Shown here piece by piece: positions 22,301-28,300 of a DNA stretch of 64,000 bases. Source of the stretch: a virus. Every line of letters starts with the position of its first letter. The stretch's first letter is position 1. A program made the position numbers and the translations under genes. The notes under the pieces were generated by a model, which made no database searches, was not told the DNA's origin, and saw only the letters and a program-made list of their open reading frames with translations. The stretch is from positions 32,001 through 96,000 of IMG/VR virus record IMGVR_UViG_3300020416_000001, one strand, 5' to 3'.

Positions 22301-25300
22301 CGTTGATGGACAGGTTGCTCAGACAATATATGCAATGAATGCAGCGAGAGATCTCGCTAACAAGTGTATTAATATGGTGGACATCACTACTGAGTACACA
22401 ACTCTGTCTCAGTGGAAGGATCTCACTATTACACCTGAATATGAAGTTGTAAGTAATAGTCACGGTGACGCTAGAACCTTGTTGCTTGCTAACAAGTGGT
22501 TTATTGCGTATGAGTCACTTCACTATGCTAAGACTCTAAACCCAGGTTATAACGTATCTGGTGGAGATGAGCATTGCCTCTCTGACATCGTGGATGTTGT
22601 TGAAGCACTTGCATACAACGTTGCACACGGTGGTAACGATTTCATTTGGGAAGCAACAGATAGAATCCTTCACTACGGTGTAACATCTGGTGATAGAGAC
22701 ACTATTGTCAACTCCTTTACAAAGGCAAAGGCAATGTCTCTCGATATTATGAGAAATATTGCTGTTACCAAGGCAGGATCACACGATTGGAATCAGGTAA
22801 CCATTTCTATCACTGCTGACCCTGCAAGTCCAACTTGTCAGGCAGTTGCTGCTTCTATCACAACATTGATGGATATTCTCATCAATGCTCTTGGTACAAC
22901 TGCATCCCCAGGCACTAGAGAAGCATTCCAAGCAGCAGTTACATCAACTGCTCCTCAGGCAGACTACTCACAAGGTAGAACTACGATTCCTAATGAAAAT
23001 GCTTGTGTTGCTCAGACATCTGCTGTTGCAAACTTCTTCAAAATCATTACTGATACTCTATCAGATCCTACTGGAGCAGATCCTGCTACCTATCAGTGGT
23101 CTATCAGCAATGTTCCTAGAATTGCACCTGCATACACCTTTGAAGCGGGTGAGACAATCCGTTCTATCAAGCATTCTTATAAGGACAAATCATCTGGTGG
23201 ATTCTTCAACTTCGGACAAGTTCTTAAGGGTGTCTCCTCTGGTGCTGTTGCAGAGATCATTGGAACCAATGCAGGTAGCAAATGGGTCTATACAAAGGGT
23301 GTTACTGGAGCATTCAACCCTGCTGAGTACATTACAAACTCAACAATCACATATAATAACGTTACAACTGATAAGTTGAACCCTGGAACTGGCACTGGAT
23401 CACTTGAATTTAGTGGTACAAGTTCTAGACTTAGACACGATTCCAATGCAGCATTTGCCTTTGGAACTGGTGATTACACAGTTGAACTCTGGATCTATCC
23501 TACAACTGTATCTGGTACACAACGTATTATAGATTTCAGAACTGCTTCAAGTAGCAATGCAGGTAGCATCTTCTTACAAGGAACATCAATCAAGTTTGGT
23601 ATTGGCGTAAATGACCATATCACTGGATCTGCTGCAGTTCCTACTGCTAATCAGTGGTATCACGTTGCTATCTCTAGAGCATCTAACGTAACTAAGATGT
23701 TTGTCAACGGTCAACCCGTTGGTTCTGATTACACTGACGCTTCTGATTATCCTAACTCTCCAATCACTGTCGGTGCATCTTGGGCAAATGGTGAGACTTT
23801 CACAGGTAATATGGACAACCTTATTATCAGAAAAGGAACCGCCAGCTACTCTAGTGGGTTTACTCCCCCTACTGTTTACGATTTCAAAGCACTTGACATC
23901 TCATTCGGTTTCAATGGTGAATCACCGTTCCCAATGGAACTCTCTGCAGTCTACGCAACATATCAACAGACTATCATCTCATCTGCTAACGCTGACGGTG
24001 TAGAACTCTGGCGTGAAGAGATTATGACAGAGGAGATTGATGTTTCTCGTGATGATTATAGAGATTGTGCTGATATTATTGATAAGAACCGTTTCTGGAT
24101 CGCAGAAGAAGCAGTTGGACGTATGAAGGAGAAATATCCTGCATTTGTCATCCCAGGTGACGGTGGTGGATCTACTCAAGGTACTGACAAGTGTGTTCGT
24201 GACACTAACTCCTTTATTATCCCTGCAATCATTAATGACCTTAAGTTAGGTGGTAACTTCCACACTATCGTTGCAGGTCGTGGATACTTAGAAGGATCTG
24301 GTGCTCTCAAGCACGTTAATGGTGAACTTCTACAGTCAATCTATACTTGGCGTGAAGTTGGTAAGATCTGTATTGACGTTATCACTAAAGATGAATCAGA
24401 TCTAACTGGTGAGTACACAAATAGAATTAGAGTTCCTAATTATTTCTCATCTCCTGCATCATCAGCAATTCAAACATTCATTTCTGACTTGATTGACAAT
24501 ATGTTGGAAGTTATGTCTCCAACAGGTCACAGATACAGAGATGGTGCTGATCTTCTTTACTTCAACCGTGGCGCGATTGCTGATGAAGCAGTCTCTATGA
24601 TGGAGCAAGAATGGAACGTTCTAATCAACTTTGTCCAACAAGATAAGATTGACATTCCTAGCAGAGAGAAATGTGTAAGAGATATTAGAGACCATATCGT
24701 TCCTGCTGTTGCAGGTGACTTGATCACTGGTGGTAACTCAAATATCCAAGGTATGATTGATTCATATCTCGATTCACAAAGCAATATTAACTATATCGAG
24801 ACTGAGTTGCTTGCAATGCTTGATGCTCTTGAGCACGTCAAGTTCCTTTCAAACAAAGCACTTCAGAACCTCTTAGTTGGTAGAAACGAAAACATTGCTA
24901 ACATTGCAGGTACAACACCTCAAACTATCGATGATTTCTATCAACTTCAGTATAGTGACCTAACAGCATACAGAAAAGAGTATGATGCTGCTGTTAATTA
25001 CGATCTAACTGGCGGTGTTATTACTGAGAGCACCTTCTATCCACCTGATCCTAAGATCTTCCAAGGTACACATAGAGCACTTGATTCTGCAAATATCATT
25101 GAAAGAAATGCTCGTACTATTGCAGGTGAGGCAGTTGACATTGTAACTAAGACATCAGCATTCAAGCACTACAACTTCAGAGTTCCTGGTGGTAAAGTTC
25201 ATTGTGAAGACGACATCGTTGATTTCATCAACTCTGTTGCACACGACTTGAGATTCTCATCTAACAGTGAGGTATATGATGCTGCAGCACTATATCTGAA

Positions 25301-28300
25301 TACAGATATGGGTCTGTCACACGTTACTGGTCAATCACAAGAGACAATCTACGCTTACAAGATGGCGAGAGATATGTCAATTCTCGCGATCCGCAACAAA
25401 CTTGGGTTTACTCCCTTCGAGGAAGCAACCACAGGTGGTGGCGGTGGACAAGGTGGAAATGCCATTGGTGGAGGAGTTCCTCGTGGTGATTATGATAATA
25501 ACGCTACTACTAATAAGGACTACGACGCAGGCAATGAAATAGAAAATAACTTGAGATTCATCGCTACTACTGCTGTAGGACGTGGATATGCTCAGTATCC
25601 TAACCTTACATTTGGTGGTTACGGTTATCAGTCTTGTGTCGATGATGTTATTGACATCCTTGAGGCAATGGCGTGGAACCTCAAGCACGGTGGTAATAAC
25701 AAGGTTTGGTATGCAACTGAGTTCTATATTACTGATGCTAACGCTATTCAGCATATCAACTCTCAGGCAACTGAAGTTAAGTACATCTTCGAGCAGGCAC
25801 GTGACATCGCTATTGAGGTGATGAGACAGCAGTTGGTCACTGTAAATGGTTACACAGAAGGGTATCCAGTTTACGATACTACTATTACTATTGACTCTAG
25901 CAGTTCACAAACTGGTCAGTTAACTCCTACAAACGCAACTTATAATCCTGCCACAGGTGATTTGGTCTTGACTAAGACTGGTCACGGTTTGGTAGCAGGT
26001 GACGCTGTACAGATTGCAACTTATGGATTGAAGTTTACTTGTGACTTTGATGGTAATCAGTCAGAGCATACTTATCCAAGACCTCTCGATCCATCAAACG
26101 GTGCTCTTCTCCCTGTCACATCTTCTAATAGTTCTACATTTACAGTCAACGTTGGAACAACTACTAACGTTAACTACGATGTAAGTAACGCAATCTACGA
26201 AGAAGCAACTGGTAATCTATTCCTTGACATCGGTTCTAACACCTTAGATGTTGGCAGACACATCAAGTTACCTGATAATGCAATTACATTCACTTGTACT
26301 AAGGATGGAAATGCTACTAACCATTCATATCCTCGTCCTAGTGACTATGCATCTGGTAAATCTCTAACTGTTCTTGAGATTGGTGATTCAGAATTTACTG
26401 CAACTAATGCAGCATACGTTCCTGCAACTGGTGTTCTAACTCTTACAGTTCCTAACCACGGGTTTGCTAACGGGGACAACGTTCAGATTGTTACTAACTC
26501 ACTGAACTTCACTTGTGATATGGACAACAACTACACTGTTCATTCATATCCTCGTGTATCTGACCCTGCTGCTAACAAGTATCTTCCTGTTGGAAACGTT
26601 ACTACAAATACATTCACTGTAAACGTTGGTACTACAGGCACTGTCAACTTCACACCTACGAACGTTGCCTACAATCCTATTACAGGAAATATGGTTCTGA
26701 CTCTGGGTACTGGTCACGGTCTTGTTACTGGATCACATCTTAAGATCCAACCTAACTCACTCACCTTTACTTGTGAGGAAGACGACAACGCAACCAACCA
26801 CTCATATCCTAGAACTACAACTACAACTCATACTGTTACCGATGCTGCTTACAACGGCACAACTGGTATTATGACGTTGACCATTCCTCAGCACGGGTTC
26901 TCTAATGGTGATCAAATCAAGATTGCTGATAACTCTCTAACCTTTAGATGTGCTGAAGATAACTATGCAACTGATCACACATATCCAAGAAGCACTGATC
27001 CTGCATCAGGATCTTGGTTGGAAATCTCTAACGTAACTGCTAATACCTTCAAGGTTCAGGTTCTCCTTTCTGACGGTATTCCTTCAACTAACGTTACTGC
27101 TCACAACTTCATTTCAGCATCATCTAGTGGTGTTACTTGGAAGAAGGATAGAGCATACGATGTTCCTCTCGAAGTTATTGCTGCTACTGCAACTACAGTC
27201 ACAGTCAACGTTCTTGCCTCTGGTAGAACTCCTTCAACCAACACAACTACACACACATTTGTCGCTGCCACACCAAATGCAATTTCTGCAGGCGGTAACT
27301 ACACTCACACATTTACCAGTGCAGTTGCGAACGGAATCAAGTTCAAGAACGGTAGAATTAAGGTTAACGTTAACCCTGCACCTACTAGCGAACAATATCC
27401 ACATACATTTGTATCTGCTGTATCTAATGCTGTACAGGGTGGTGGTAACTACAATCACACATTCATCAGTTCTACAACCAACTCAATCAGTTGGATCACA
27501 GGTGGTGGTGGAGCAACAAGATGTGCTACTCAAGCATCTTCTATCACAACATTGATGGGAATCACTATAGATCTGTTCAATAGTGGTACAAGTAACCCAC
27601 AAAACTACATCGACGGCATCTCCAGAACTCTGCCAGGCGAATGGCCACTGACAGGTGAGCGTGCTGCCGTTCGTGATCTGACTATCACATATGATCAGGC
27701 AGGATCTGGTCAGTGTAACGTTGAATCCTCAACTATCAGTTCTCTCTTCGACATCGTTATCGGTGTTGTCAAGGATGCTGCTGCAGGCAATGGTAGTTAC
27801 TTCACTAACCAAGGTATTAGTAGAAACGCACCTATACAGAACAACACCCTGCTATTTGGTGGTGGTGTCTGCTATAACGTGACATCTGCTGCTAACGTTC
27901 TTTATGATCTTCTTGAGGATACACTTGGAAGAGCACCTGAGATGTATCGTCAGGCATCACGTATCATTTCACTGAATGATCTCTACATCAATAGAGAGGC
28001 ATATTACAAAACTGTTAACCAATACTCTGGATATACAGGTGATATTTCATTCGGTGATGATATAAGAAAGGCATACATTTATGACCTATTGACTGATGGT
28101 AATGCTAAAACCGTCGAACTGATTAATAATTGGTTTGATGCCGAGGGCAACTTCATTGCATTCCCTAACATCTTCAGAACATATTTGATCTTCCACGCTC
28201 AGGCAACCACGGATATGATTAAGCATATCCTTTCTGGAACTGCTCCTGAACCTGGAACCTATAATTTGGAACCTCTCTACAAAGATAGAGAACTTCGTCC

